Below, piece by piece: positions 1-11,801 of a stretch of DNA of 51,276 nt. The stretch is from Sarea resinae (lineage: Eukaryota). A program made the translations under genes and the position numbers. The stretch is taken from positions 1 through 51,276 of the forward strand of contig JAPEUD010000111.1 in the NCBI GenBank assembly GCA_026026165.1, read 5' to 3'. The notes beneath the pieces were generated by a model. That model saw only the letters and a list, made by a program, of their open reading frames with translations, was not told where the DNA came from and searched no databases. Within the stretch, counting starts at the first letter, position 1; the number at the start of each line of letters is the position of its first letter.

Positions 1-732
1 CGGCCCAGGTCGTATTACCCCGAGGAATTTCGGCCGAGGGTCACGTGGGCTTCAGGGGTTACCCGGAGGGGGCTGGGGGCGGACCGGGGGGGGACCGTCA
101 ATTTGTCGCGGCGAATCCCTACTTCGTGCCTCCCGATAGATCTTCCGATAAAGATGAAATCCCCCCCAGGCCAGGCCCCCCCCACCCTTCCAATCTACTT
201 GAAATCCAACAACCACGGGAATCTCAATCTACCTGGATCGATATTGATCCATACGGATCTCGATATTGGTGATAATTTGATCCAGATTAAAGCCTCACCA
301 CGGATCATGCACTACCTGCGGGCCGCCTGTCCTCTGTCGTCTATCGACCCTTCTTAAATGTAAGACTATTAGCAATCATGCCAGCCCGCCAGTTGAGCCC
401 CCAGAGGACACGACCCAACTCGGTCCCACTTGGGCTCGCGAGGAGGGGGGGTGGCCGCGGTCTCGGCAGCCCGTGAGCCTTTCTCCTCCCTGCCTCCTTC
501 CCACCCCCACCAGGCCGACGGAGGACGGAATATTGTTGATCGTCGTTCGACTAATGACAGCATCTCTCTCCATCTTGACAGCTCCATGACCTGATTCGGC
601 TGTAGCTGATGGCTTGCATATACCCAGTACACAGTCTCTCCAACCGCCACCGCCATCACCACCATCACTGCCTAATACCGAAATCCTCTTCGTTCTTTTC
701 CATTCAACCACTCTAAGAATATCCCGCCAGAG

Positions 733-1956
733 ATGACGGAATTCTCGAGCTTGAGAGGCCATGAGCCACAATTCCCTGGGGCGCGCCGGAAGAGCCTCAA
801 CTTCACCACCAGAGATGTGTCACGGCAGTCTGACTTGTACCCGTCGTCACCCTCATGGAAAGCTCTTGTCGACGAGCGGCCTGCCGTGTTGCAAGGGCCA
901 AGTCACGCCAGCGCAGGCTTTCAATTCGACCCGGAGACACAACGTGCCACTCTACAGCAAGAAGAGGAGCTCTGGGCACAGGCAAATCCTCCATCCAAGT
1001 TTGGATACACAGTCGAGGATTTTCTGGTGACGATGCGGGATGGAGATAAGATATTGGTCAAGGTATATCGGCCAGCGCGGCCACCCGTTGCAAATAGAAA
1101 CGGCGAGTCTGAGCATAAAGGAGATAGTCCTGGTCCTACCAAAACGCTCCCACTACTCTTCGTCACTCATGGGGGAGGATGGATTCAAGGCTCGGCTGTC
1201 ACCGAAGAAATCAACATGCTACGGGCCTTGATCAAAGAGCTGGACTTCATCATCGTGGCGCCAGAATTTCGACTTGCACCCGAATACCCCTTCCCAACTC
1301 CTCTCGACGACTGCTGGGACACGCTGTGTTGGGCGGTAGGGAATAGCGCGTTCGGCATCGAGCCGACCAATGTATATCTTGCCGGCAGCAGCGCGGGGGC
1401 AAATCTGGCCGCGGCACTAGCGCTCATGGCAGGATACTCGAAGGCTACAGATCATCTGGCTATTCGTCGACGGCCGGCGCCCTGGGTTCTAGCTGGATCG
1501 GAGCTAAACCTGGAAGTGAAAGTGACGGGAGTGATCCTCAACGTGCCCGTCTTGTGCCATCCCGACTTCTTCCCCACATACGAATTTCCATACGTCAGCT
1601 TCACCCAAGCGGACAATACTCTCCTCACCAATGCAGAAATGCGCGCTCTCTGGAATCTCTACCTCCCCAGCGAATCCGCCTTTGAGGGAAGTAACCCTCT
1701 CGCATCTCCTCTTCTCGCCTTCCTCCACAATTTCCCACCCTGTCGGATATACGTTGCCGGCCAAGATTGCCTACGGGATGAAGGTATCGCATTTGCCAAG
1801 AAGTTGAAGAAGTTTGGCAGAGATGTTAAACTATGGGTCTACCCTGGAGTCCCGCATACGTTCGCCGAGTTCGACGACTTGAAAGAGACTCGTGATTTTT
1901 GCACGGATCTTGTTACTGGGATGAAAGAACTGATGGCCGAGAAACCCAGAGGGTGA
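733..1956 (+). CDS. Alpha/beta hydrolase, hormone-sensitive-lipase (Abhydrolase_3) family esterase/lipase
   Basis: 407-aa intronless ORF with HGGGW oxyanion motif, FRLAPEYPFP, nucleophile elbow GSSAG, acid GQDCLRDEG and His in YPGVPH. Confidence 0.9.
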   Translation: MTEFSSLRGHEPQFPGARRKSLNFTTRDVSRQSDLYPSSPSWKALVDERPAVLQGPSHASAGFQFDPETQRATLQQEEELWAQANPPSKFGYTVEDFLVTMRDGDKILVKVYRPARPPVANRNGESEHKGDSPGPTKTLPLLFVTHGGGWIQGSAVTEEINMLRALIKELDFIIVAPEFRLAPEYPFPTPLDDCWDTLCWAVGNSAFGIEPTNVYLAGSSAGANLAAALALMAGYSKATDHLAIRRRPAPWVLAGSELNLEVKVTGVILNVPVLCHPDFFPTYEFPYVSFTQADNTLLTNAEMRALWNLYLPSESAFEGSNPLASPLLAFLHNFPPCRIYVAGQDCLRDEGIAFAKKLKKFGRDVKLWVYPGVPHTFAEFDDLKETRDFCTDLVTGMKELMAEKPRG

Positions 1957-2820
1957 AGGAATGTCTATCTGAAGAGGAGGCGCAACAGCACGTTATTGGC
2001 GTCGTCTGGACACTTTTGGACTCGTTACCCCATGGTAGGGCGATTGGAGTTCTAAACATGAGCTGGCATTGTACACGACAGGAAAGGATTCTCTATATCT
2101 AGAGGCATTGTCGAGGAGGACGGGCGGGAGATATGGGCATACTCGACCAGCCCATTTTACCCTTTACATGATCATCTACGCGAGCATCTACTCGGCGAGG
2201 GAGCTGATGGCCTTGCGATTTCAACAGGACCGCAGTGGTTGCATTTTCATCGTAGACGGCGGCATAGCGTACAGGAGTCGCATAGATACCTTAGCTAGAA
2301 GGACGAGTTCCCCATACCAGCAGAATACATCCACATCGGATTATCACATCCCGAGGGCTGCCGAGTGCCATGTGGCTATATGCCCGTGTCAGACCATGTG
2401 TCGGTGAGTGTCCGTGCTACTAATGAAGATCAACAAGGCGCTCCGATGGAGATTGGAGAATCCGATGGTTGAAGTGCGTGGTGGCTGTGGGTGAGTGGGG
2501 TCCTCTCGGGCCGATCCGCTATCGGCTATGCAAATCTCCTGGATCCCCCTGGCCGTAATGTGCAATCTGCTCCTTTCCCCGCCGAGGTCGAGATTGGTGA
2601 TTGTTGTGATCTGCGGAGAAGCGCTACAGTATCTGTTCATGGAGAGCCCTGTAATCCATCATCACGGCTCCAAGTAGAGGAGGTAGATCCGCATCCGGCA
2701 TCGATGCATGGCGCATGGCCGTCTACATGTGCTGCATGTGCTGGATGTATTGCAAACAGCTCTGACACCGACTTGCCGACGACCACATGAATGAGCCCTC
2801 ATCACTTACTTGATACTATC

Positions 2821-2880
2821 GCTCACCACTGCTCACCACCGCTCACCACCGCTCACCACCGCTCACCACCGCTCACCGCC
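2821..2880 (+). repeat. 10-bp tandem repeat (GCTCACCACC) x6
   Basis: gctcaccact, (gctcaccacc)x4, gctcaccgcc, about 60 bp upstream of the patatin gene ATG. Confidence 0.95.
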
Positions 2881-2942
2881 TCCTCTCCCATTCTCGACCC
2901 TGGTGCAAAGCGACATGTAGGCCTGTCGCAGCTGCCAGCAAT

Positions 2943-5000
2943 ATGTTCGGCAGATTCAGTCTCTTTCGCATGCTAGCCTCCATCGCCAGTACCCTGCTCG
3001 AAGTCGGTCTCTTCTGGCAGCTCGTGGGTCCATCGTGTCCGCACCCCGCTTTCTCCCGATTGACCATTGACAGAGGCTATATGCATGGTGGACGCGAAAG
3101 AAGCCACGAGACACCCTGTTAGAGACGCTCGGGGATGCACGGATTTACGAAGAATGGGAAGGTGCTGCCTTTCAGCTGGACGAGTTGTTGGGCAATGACA
3201 TCTGGTCAGTAGACTCCGAAATGCGGTGGATCGAGCGACGGCTAACGTGTGGACGAGCATCCAGGCGTCAGAATCCAGCGAGCAAGTACTACGACTATCG
3301 TCTCATCTATGAGCGCCTCCAAGCCATCATCGAAGCGCGCGAAGATGAAGATATCCCGGCCCTCGTCAATCTGCTCCGATCCGGTCTCGTGCGCAACCTA
3401 GGCAACCTATCGGCACCCCGTCTCTTCAATCGCGCATACGCAGGCACCAAGTTGCTGATCGAGGACTACATCACGCAAGTCGCCTTGGCCATCGAATATG
3501 TCACAACGTTGCCGACGTCCTCGGCGTACGAGGGCGGTTTGACCAATCAAGCGAAACTCGACCTCTTCCACGATACACGGCAGGCATTTGGACGGTCTAC
3601 CTTGGTGCTACAGGGAGGGGCTATCTTCGGGCTGTATCATCTAGGGGTGGTGAAGGCATTACATCTGAGGGGCCTACTCCCAAGGATCATTGTCGGGACT
3701 GCGACGGGGGCTCTGATAGCTGCACTGGTGGGAATCCATACGGAAGAAGAGCTTCTGGGATTCTTGGACAGCGATGCTATCGATCTCTCGGCCTTCGCCC
3801 AGCGTAGTAAAGAAGGGCAAGATGATGAAGACATGCGGGATCGAGATCTGGTAGGACTTGAGAGAGAGAGCCAAAGCGGGTGGATCGAGACGCTCGTTCG
3901 ACGCGTCAAGCGCTTCATCAAAGAAGGATATTTCCTTGATGTGCGCGTGCTGGAAGACTGCGTGCGAGCTAACGTGGGCGATTTGACATTTGAAGAAGCA
4001 TACTCCAAGACGAAGCGCGTTCTTAATATCACTCTCAACACAACTGGCCGAGGGGACATGCCGAATCTTCTTAATTATCTCACTGCCCCCCATGTCGTAA
4101 GTTCTCTCTCGCTGGCCTCTCCAAGCTTCGAGCCAAATTTACCAACTAACGCGACGGCAATAGCTCATATGGTCGGCAGCCGTAGCCTCTAATGCTTCCT
4201 CCTCCTCGACCCTCTATTCACCCGTGTCTCTGCAATGCAAAGACCCTACTACGGGCCTCATATCGCCCTGGACGATCACCGCCACAGCAACAACAACCAT
4301 AAGCCAGAACTCAATCACCCCTCGCCAGCAAGGAAACAAAGCCTCCTACACACCCACCACAGACACTCACGACTCACCCCTCACTCGCATAGCTGAGCTC
4401 TTCAATGTCAACCACTTTATTGTATCACGCGCTACACCCCCCTTACTTCCGTTCCTTTCTCCCTTACCCACCCTTTCACCAACGCCCACACCAAATCGTC
4501 ACTTTTCTCTCACCCATACCGTCACTCTCCCCTTTCTTCGTCTGCTCTCGCTCGAGGTCTCTCACCGCCTCTCACAACTTGACACACTGTCCCTTCTGCC
4601 TACGATACTGCGTCCGTTGCTCCTCAATGACGACACTGCCACCCTACCTGCAGCATCCTTGACGCTCGTACCCGAGCTCACGACGAGAGACTTTGTGCGC
4701 CTTTTTGAGACGCCCACGCGCGAAGCACTTGATTATTGGATCTTGAGGGGCGAACGGAGTGTGTGGCCTGCTGTGGGGCTCTTGAAGGTGCGGTGTGCTG
4801 TGGAGGTGGAGTTGGATAGGGGATACCAGCTCATTCGAAGGGGTGGAGGTAGGGGTTTGGGGGGTGGTGGTGGTGGGGGAGAAGTGACGACTGGGGGAGT
4901 GGTGGTCGGTTCTGATAGTAATGGGCATGGAGATGCAGATGCAGATGGAGACGGGACGGTGAGAAAGAGAACCAGGGCTGCTAGTGATAGCGGGGCATGA
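2943..5000 (+). CDS. Patatin-like phospholipase domain protein, Tgl3/4/5 triacylglycerol-lipase family (probably catalytically inactive)
   Basis: Exons 2943-3023, 3074-3204, 3265-4096, 4164-5000, separated by GT-AG introns with branch sites, join in frame. Motifs: YEEW..AA..LD, SKYYDY, LLRSGLVRNLG, RQAFGRSTLVLQGG, RVLNIT, LLNYLTAPHVLIWSA, ELFNVNHFIVS. Confidence 0.88.
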
Positions 5001-5609
5001 TTGCAATTCGGCGGCATTCTTCTGTACTGGATACACGGGGCGGGATTTACATACTGGATGGATGGATGAATGGATGGATGGGTACGGGGCGTTTGGAAGT
5101 ATATGAGGCTTGCAGCCGGTCTTATGCTCGTGGATTTGTTTCCCGGATTACGTTTTCGTATTGAGTGTACGAAGTTACGATTTGCTACCCTCTCTTAAAT
5201 ACATACGATGCCGCTTATTCTGATCCTATCATCGAGCAAACACGGACTAATGGCGTCAACAATGATTTCGAGATAAAGGAGGAATCTTGGCATTTCCGAG
5301 ACATGGCCGTATGAGAGTGCCTGTCGGCATACCTGCCTTGATCGATTTCGCTTATCAATCCATAGGGTAGCTGAAGCGGCACGGATGATGGCGTCCCCAT
5401 AAATTGCCCCGCCGTTGCATTCCAATAGCAATTGTTGTTCTCCTGTTCTGCTTACAGCATCAAAGATCGGTGAACATGACTTGCGCATCTGAGCTTGCTC
5501 AATATATAGATCCAGGGACGCCTTCTCGAGGGATCATGTTAGAGCTCGGAATCTGATCCAGCAGTGGTTGAAGTCTCCGCATCTACAAGTTATCGAGCAA
5601 GCGTCCGCC

Positions 5610-7169
5610 ATGGCAGCCTACTCCTCCCCGGCGGCATTCATCTCTATAGAGAGCTCTCCTGCTCCTCCTTCGACGCACCCGCGCAATCGAGCCGATGTCA
5701 ACGACAACAATAAAGCTGTCGCTGCACCTAGTCCGGCTCACGTTGAATCCGGCCGCTTGAACCGCAATGCGCGACCGACCGGGCAAGAAACGAGCGACGC
5801 CATCAACCAAGACCGCAACAGTCACGATGCAACCGACGAGACTGCCGAAGCCTTCGAGGCCTTCGAGATGAATGCTCCCGCCTCTGGAGCCGTGATCCCC
5901 ATGAAAGAAAGCATGATCCATCCGTTCAAGAACCGATACCGCTTCGCGAGCTCGTGTTTCATGAACTTCCAAAACGGCATGAATGACGGCGTCAGCGGCG
6001 CGCTGATCCCGTACATGGAGAAGCACTACGGCATTGGCTATGCGGTCGTGTCGCTGATCTTCGTCACCACGGCCGTCGGCTTCATCGTCGCGGCGCCGCT
6101 CACTCACATGCTCGAAGCGCGTCTAGGCAGAGCAAGAGTCTATATCCTCGCCATGGCGATGATGACGGCAGCTTATGTTGCCATTTCGTGCACGCCGCCG
6201 TTCGCGGTCGTGGTCATCGCATACTTTTTTCTTGGTGTCGGCATCGCTATGAATCTGGCTCTCAATAATGTCTTCTGCTCCAATCTGGCTAATGCGACGG
6301 CGGCCTTGGGCATCAACCACGGCGGATACGGACTCGGGGCTACGGTGGCGCCGCTGATGGCCACGACGATCGTCAATCACGGAGGCCTCTTCTCGCGCTT
6401 CTACCTTATCACATTGGGCATGTCCGTCTTCAATCTAATCTTCAGCGGCTGGTCGTTCTGGGACTACGAAGACGAACGCGGCCGCAGTCGCCAGCCGACC
6501 GAGACATCCGCCGAGACGTCCGCCGAGGCATCCACCGCCGGCAGAGCATCCGCCGCTGCGCAACAACAGCCACAACCAAGCAAGTCGCAGGTCCTCAAGA
6601 CGGCGCTGAGCCAGCGAACCACGCTCCTGGGCGCGCTCTTCATCTTCGCCTACCAAGGCGCCGAAGTCGCCAACTCGGGCTGGGTGATCTCGTACCTGAT
6701 CCACTACCGGTCCGGCACGCCGTCCAAGGTCGGCTACGTGACGTCGGGCTTCTGGGGCGGCATCACGGTCGGCCGCTTCGTGCTGTCGCACCCGGCGCAG
6801 AAGCTGGGCAAGAAGGCGTCCGTCGTCGGCCTGACGGCGGGCTCGCTCGTGTTCCAGCTGCTCGTGTGGCTCGTGCCCAACGTCGTCGGCGACGCCGTCG
6901 CCGTCGCCATCCTCGGCCTCCTCCTCGGCCCCGTCTACCCCTGCGCCATGGCCATCTTCACCGCCCTGCTGCCCCGCCCCCTGCAGATCTCCAGCCTGAG
7001 CTTCGTCTCCGCCATGGGCAGTTCCGGCGGCGCCGTCGCGCCCCTGGCCACGGGCTTGGCCGCCCAGAAGGTCGGCACCGTCGTCCTGCATCCCATCTGC
7101 ATCGCCCTCTTCGTCGTCATGGAGGTTGCCTGGCTTTGTCTGCCGCGGCTCCGCAAGGCCGTTGACTGA
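5610..7169 (+). CDS. MFS transporter (Bsc6/TsgA-like, about 12 TM)
   Basis: First ATG at 5610. Motifs GMNDG..GALIP.ME..Y, FAYQGAEV, GYVTSGFWGGITVGR and LGPVYP; many hydrophobic helices. Confidence 0.88.
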   Translation: MAAYSSPAAFISIESSPAPPSTHPRNRADVNDNNKAVAAPSPAHVESGRLNRNARPTGQETSDAINQDRNSHDATDETAEAFEAFEMNAPASGAVIPMKESMIHPFKNRYRFASSCFMNFQNGMNDGVSGALIPYMEKHYGIGYAVVSLIFVTTAVGFIVAAPLTHMLEARLGRARVYILAMAMMTAAYVAISCTPPFAVVVIAYFFLGVGIAMNLALNNVFCSNLANATAALGINHGGYGLGATVAPLMATTIVNHGGLFSRFYLITLGMSVFNLIFSGWSFWDYEDERGRSRQPTETSAETSAEASTAGRASAAAQQQPQPSKSQVLKTALSQRTTLLGALFIFAYQGAEVANSGWVISYLIHYRSGTPSKVGYVTSGFWGGITVGRFVLSHPAQKLGKKASVVGLTAGSLVFQLLVWLVPNVVGDAVAVAILGLLLGPVYPCAMAIFTALLPRPLQISSLSFVSAMGSSGGAVAPLATGLAAQKVGTVVLHPICIALFVVMEVAWLCLPRLRKAVD

Positions 7170-7864
7170 TTGGTGCATGCGCGCGTGTGTACGGTTTTTG
7201 TTGGTTGTTTGGGGGGGCGGGGAGAGGAGAAGGCGTCGGACATCATCTCCAGCTTTTTCGGATGCGGTTGGGTAGGGGGCTAAGAACAGATAGAGACACA
7301 ATGAGAACCACAGGCTATGATAGAACGGCCCGGCATAGAAAGAAACAGGAGAGAAGAGGATAAAAAGGGCGGCACGAAAATCAAAAACACACTCTTAGAA
7401 CAGTATACAACAGAAACAAAAGACATGGCAATCACAATTTCACTCAGGACTCTCTCTCTCCCTCTCTCTCTTGCCCACTACGTACACACACATGCAAACA
7501 GACAGGATAGCATCATTACTTTTTCCCATTTTTCCCCCTCTTTTTTGTGTATATATTTGTATATACATATATGAGGTTAAGTATGATGCCTCTGCGGCTG
7601 CGAGCCTGTGTCCCTTTACTTTTTGGAGGACATCTTAGATCATATGCTATGACGTTACAACGTACATTTACCCCTCTCCGCTCGCCGACCGGCCGATATC
7701 ATAGAGAGAGAGACATGATAGGAAAAGGGAGAAGTGAGAAAACCATGCCATGCCACCCACCTAAGACTCCCCCAAAACGAAGAAGAAGAAGAAGAAGAAA
7801 CAAAGGGAAAGAGTCGTCGGGTCAAGAGAGACCGGCCCTCTCCCCAAAAGAAGGACTCCTAAAG

Positions 7865-9069
7865 CTAAACGAATTGTCCCTTGTCTTCCGTTTTGAGTGC
7901 ATTGGCGGTGCCTCGTGGCAGCGCCCCCGTCTTGCTCAGATGCCGCTGCAGCCCTTCGTCGCCCTCCTTGTGCACGGCGTGCCCCTTGGAGATCTTCAGC
8001 AGACTGTCGCGCATGATCAGCTCGTACCATGTCGTCGCGAACAGGCTGGATGCGTAGCACGTCAGGATCGGGATCCAGGCGTAGTGCTTGTACGTGAAGG
8101 CTTCGTGGCCGTAATACCAGGTCGCGACGATCCGCGGCCCCAGGTCCTTTGCTGTGTTGGTCGCCAGTCCCAGGCTGCCGAACGCCCAGCCCATGTTGCC
8201 GAATGCGAAACCGATGATCAGGGGGATCGTGGTGGGCCCGACGAATGGATTGGCCGGGTCAAGAGCCGCCCAGACGACGAGAGCCTGGTTGATGTGCCGT
8301 TAGCCGTGATTCCAGGCAAATACAATAAGTAGACTTACGATGAAGGCATCGGCGAAGAACTCGACGCAGAACATATATCCTAGGTTGTGGGAGGATTCCG
8401 GCGGGAAAGCAGCGAGCACACCCGCAGGTCCGTTGGCGCTGACGAGTGGTTTGCCGGCCGCCAGCGTCGCCGCGGCGTAGTCTGCGAATTGAGTGTGGTA
8501 TTGGGCCATGAGGATGATGCCGGCTAAGAAGCCGCCAAGCAGTTGAGAGAAGATGTAGTATGGCACCTTCTTCCATGGGAAACCCTGCCAGAAAGCGAAG
8601 CAGATCGTGAAAGACGGGTTGAAGTGGCCACCGGATGTCGGGGCGCAGATAATGATGGCCGATGCTATTCCAAACGCGTATCCGAAGCCCACCTGAAGCA
8701 GAGATCCCTGGGTGGGATTGGAGTCGTTGAGAACCATGGATGCCGTCGAGGCAAGACCTGGATAACTGAGGTAGGGTGTCAGCATGGATTCCAACTCCCG
8801 TCGGCGTGGCGTGCGGCAGCATTGTGCACTTACACATAGAGGAAGACTCCAGTCATCTCAGCCAGACATTCTCTCAGCCATCTTGGCCGATAACTCTCGT
8901 AGGTGAGCTTCGCCTGCGAGACGGGGGCCGGGTCGACGACGTGTCTGTTGATGTGTTGTTGCAGAGCATCGGTGGCACCAATTTCAAGGTCGTTGGTGGC
9001 CAAGCGATGCAGGTGCTCAGGCGGCGCGTTGTATGTCGGGATGCTAAAGTCGACTTCGCGGTCTGCCAT
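7865..9069 (-). CDS. Aquaglyceroporin (MIP family) with non-canonical NPS / NTA motifs
   Basis: Exons 9069-8834, 8765-8339, 8284-7865 (introns 8766-8833 and 8285-8338, both with GTAAGT donors). Motifs RECLAEMTGVF, SGGHFNPS, YIFSQLLGGF, EFF, NTAKDLGPR, YAWIP. Confidence 0.92.
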
Positions 9070-9157
9070 GGCTGCGGAGTGCTGTCGATGGATGACTTGA
9101 TACTCTCGAGCAAGAGACGTGAACTCGTCGCCGGAACTCGTCGCCGGAACTAGTAGC

Positions 9158-9191
<34 letters not shown>

Positions 9192-9192
9192 T

Positions 9193-9223
<31 letters not shown>
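9158..9223 (+). repeat. (GAT)n microsatellite, 22 triplets with one GTT interruption
   Basis: Read directly; lies about 90-150 bp upstream of the aquaglyceroporin ATG. Confidence 0.97.
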
Positions 9224-9224
<1 letters not shown>

Positions 9225-11760
9225 GTACACTTCAGACGACGCACAACATCATGCTTGAGAGGAGAGGAGAGGAGAGGGGACAAGAAAAGAGAAGAGCAAG
9301 AGAAGCCGACGATCACATCCGGCCCACTTACGTTATATAGCACGGCGGCTGCCTGGGGTAGATGGGGTCAAGAGTAACATCACCTTCTTCTCCGCATGCT
9401 GGGTTGGGCATGGAGGCAGCGGAGATTGCGGATGGCAGAAATAGCAGACTCGGCCGTCTCCCCCCACCGACGACGCCCCATGGGGTCATGGTTATTCCGG
9501 GGAAGCAAGCATCTCCATCCTACGCAGATATCTGCGCCGCAGTGGCCAAGAAAGCTGGAGAAGCCATGTGCGGTGCGCGTGCGGATGGTGCACCGGGACC
9601 GTCTATGCAGTGAACCCCACAGGACGGAGGTCGCAAAGATCCGAAAAGGATCCGGGACCATGATGGTGAGGTGTGGGAAGGGGAAGAGACTAAGACGTCA
9701 GCTCAGGTACGGGCTGACTCGCCAGCGCTGAGGGCATCGAGGCGTTCCGTGGTCTGGTCAGGTACGAAGTTTACTCCGGAGTAAGTCCCACCCCTGGAAC
9801 TCTTCTCTTTTCCCTCCTTAGTCCTGCTCGGGCACGCGGTTTCCCCCGAACCTGGCCCCATGCCGCCCTCCGCTGTCCTCCTACCGCTTCCGAGAGTCTC
9901 ACGTTTCTATCGGGGTACGCCCCGGTCACACTGATCCAGGCCATCAAGGCCATCAAGGCCTTCAAGGCCATGATCAGCGACCGGGACTCGAGTCAGGATG
10001 ATGGAGGGTGGGAAATGAGGAGTGGACGTGAAGCGAGAAGATGGCGGTGTTCGATCGGCGAGAGTGGAGAGAGGAGCGGAGTACGTAGTACGTAGTCGGT
10101 CCTTCGAGGCCAGTATGGAAAGTTCGATGCGGGGCGGGGCGGGTCTGGGTGGCTTGCCCCCACCACCCCCCCCTCCATCGTCTGCCTCTGTCTGGCTCTA
10201 CCCCAGTACCCCGTACCCGACCCCGTACTGCCCATGGTAGGGCCTCTGCGGGTCATCAGAGGGGTTTTTGATTGGAGCTGCTCTCTACTTGTGCGACCGC
10301 TGCCTTGGCTTCGAAGCTTATGTCGTCGTTCTCCAGACACTACGCAGTACTCCCTATCACTTCTTGTTGCCGACCGACAGGGAGGCTCAACCATGCAGTG
10401 TACCGTCCCGACGATTCAACTCTGCCTCGGAAGTCTGATTCGCCATGTTGAGAGCTCTGCCCTCTGGTGTTTCCTCTCCTCGATCCCCGGAGCGGCAGGG
10501 ATCATCTCCGCATTGAGGGCCAGCCTCCGCAGCCACTCCTGCCATGCCCGCGCTATCATGGACTTTGTACCCAGCAACATGGCACGGACAGTGAGCGTTG
10601 GAATCGGGAAAAACAGGAGCGGCGGCTCATCAGGGTGGGATCTTTCCGAAAAGACAACGCAGAAGAGGCACGGCGACGTATCCAAGGACATCACTGGAAT
10701 GATGTCGGGGCCAGAGCCACTTCTGTGATTCTACGCGCCTATGTTAAAGTTCCGCATATCATGTTTCATTGGATATACCAGCATTGGCGACGATCCTCAG
10801 ATCATGCACCCTTGCGCGATCCTTACGACGGCAATACTAAGGGACTCGTCGGCGCAATCATCAAACAATCTCTGCCCCAAATCTCAGAGAGGCGGTCACT
10901 GCCAGACCCTTGACACTGTGCCTCCAGCCAAGCTCGTAGAGGGTCTTTGAGTTTGGACGATAATGAAAGATTTCAGTAGCTGATCGTCGCTGCTCGTATA
11001 GTCTCAATTAGACTTCCTTGCCCTTGACCGAATCAAATTTTCCATCTCCAATGTGAACTGTTCCCGGGATGATGATGCCACCCACCGCTTCAAGCCCGAG
11101 ACCTCCCGCTCTCAAGAATCATTCAGGTCTACCTGGACGGTGGAATTGCCGACCGGCGAACGAGGAACCCCGAGTAGTTGATCGCCGCGGCCATATTTAC
11201 GACACGCACCGTGCATTCCGAACCGGATATCTGGGGATCGAGAGAGATGTGCCATGTAGAAACATACTGCGTACTCGGTACAGACAGATGGATGCCGACA
11301 GGATTGCAACTGGACCCTGCCCCTGGGGTTGAAATGCCGGGCAGGGTTGGCAGTACTCCGTAGGGGCAGCCGGGAGTCTACCGCACAGTACACAGTACGA
11401 CCACAGGGCTGTGTACAGTGGAGCGTACGCAAAAGATGAAGATGGTGGTAGCGAGATGAACGGGTCCGCGAGTACGCAGTCCTGCGTACCTACCTACCTC
11501 GAGGTCGTGAATTAGGGCTTCGGACCTTGTGTTCCAGACACCAGACCATTTTCGGCCAATGATTTCTTCGCCTCCGAACTCTCGCACGCCTCAAGTGCTG
11601 GCGTCGTTTCCTCGTGGGCTGCCATTTGATGGATGGCATCAAGGTGCCGTGCCATGCCAAGCCATCCCTGGATGCCATGCGGCTGTCGGATGACGCTCGT
11701 GGATGTGGAATGGATCCGTCTACCTCACGCTCCTCGGTTATTGGCCGGGCCCGAGTCTTG

Positions 11761-11801
11761 ATACCCTAATACCCTAATACCCTAATACCCCAAGACCCTA
11801 A
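11761..11801 (+). repeat. Short tandem (ACCCTAAT)n containing CCCTAA
   Basis: ataccctaat accctaat accctaat accccaag accctaa. Confidence 0.85.

Noticed and set aside
1..360. G/C-run-rich start of the window with a GGGTTACCC motif and GATC-rich stretch
   Set aside because: The resemblance to the subtelomeric array unit is a single 9-mer, and I could not establish periodicity or coding sense.
6435..7301. 288-aa antisense ORF over the MFS gene (similarly 15782-16546 and 13402-14591)
   Set aside because: Shadow ORFs caused by high GC3 codon bias on the coding strand.
9044..9377. Poly-Met, poly-Asp and poly-Ile ORFs
   Set aside because: Artefacts of the (GAT)n microsatellite.
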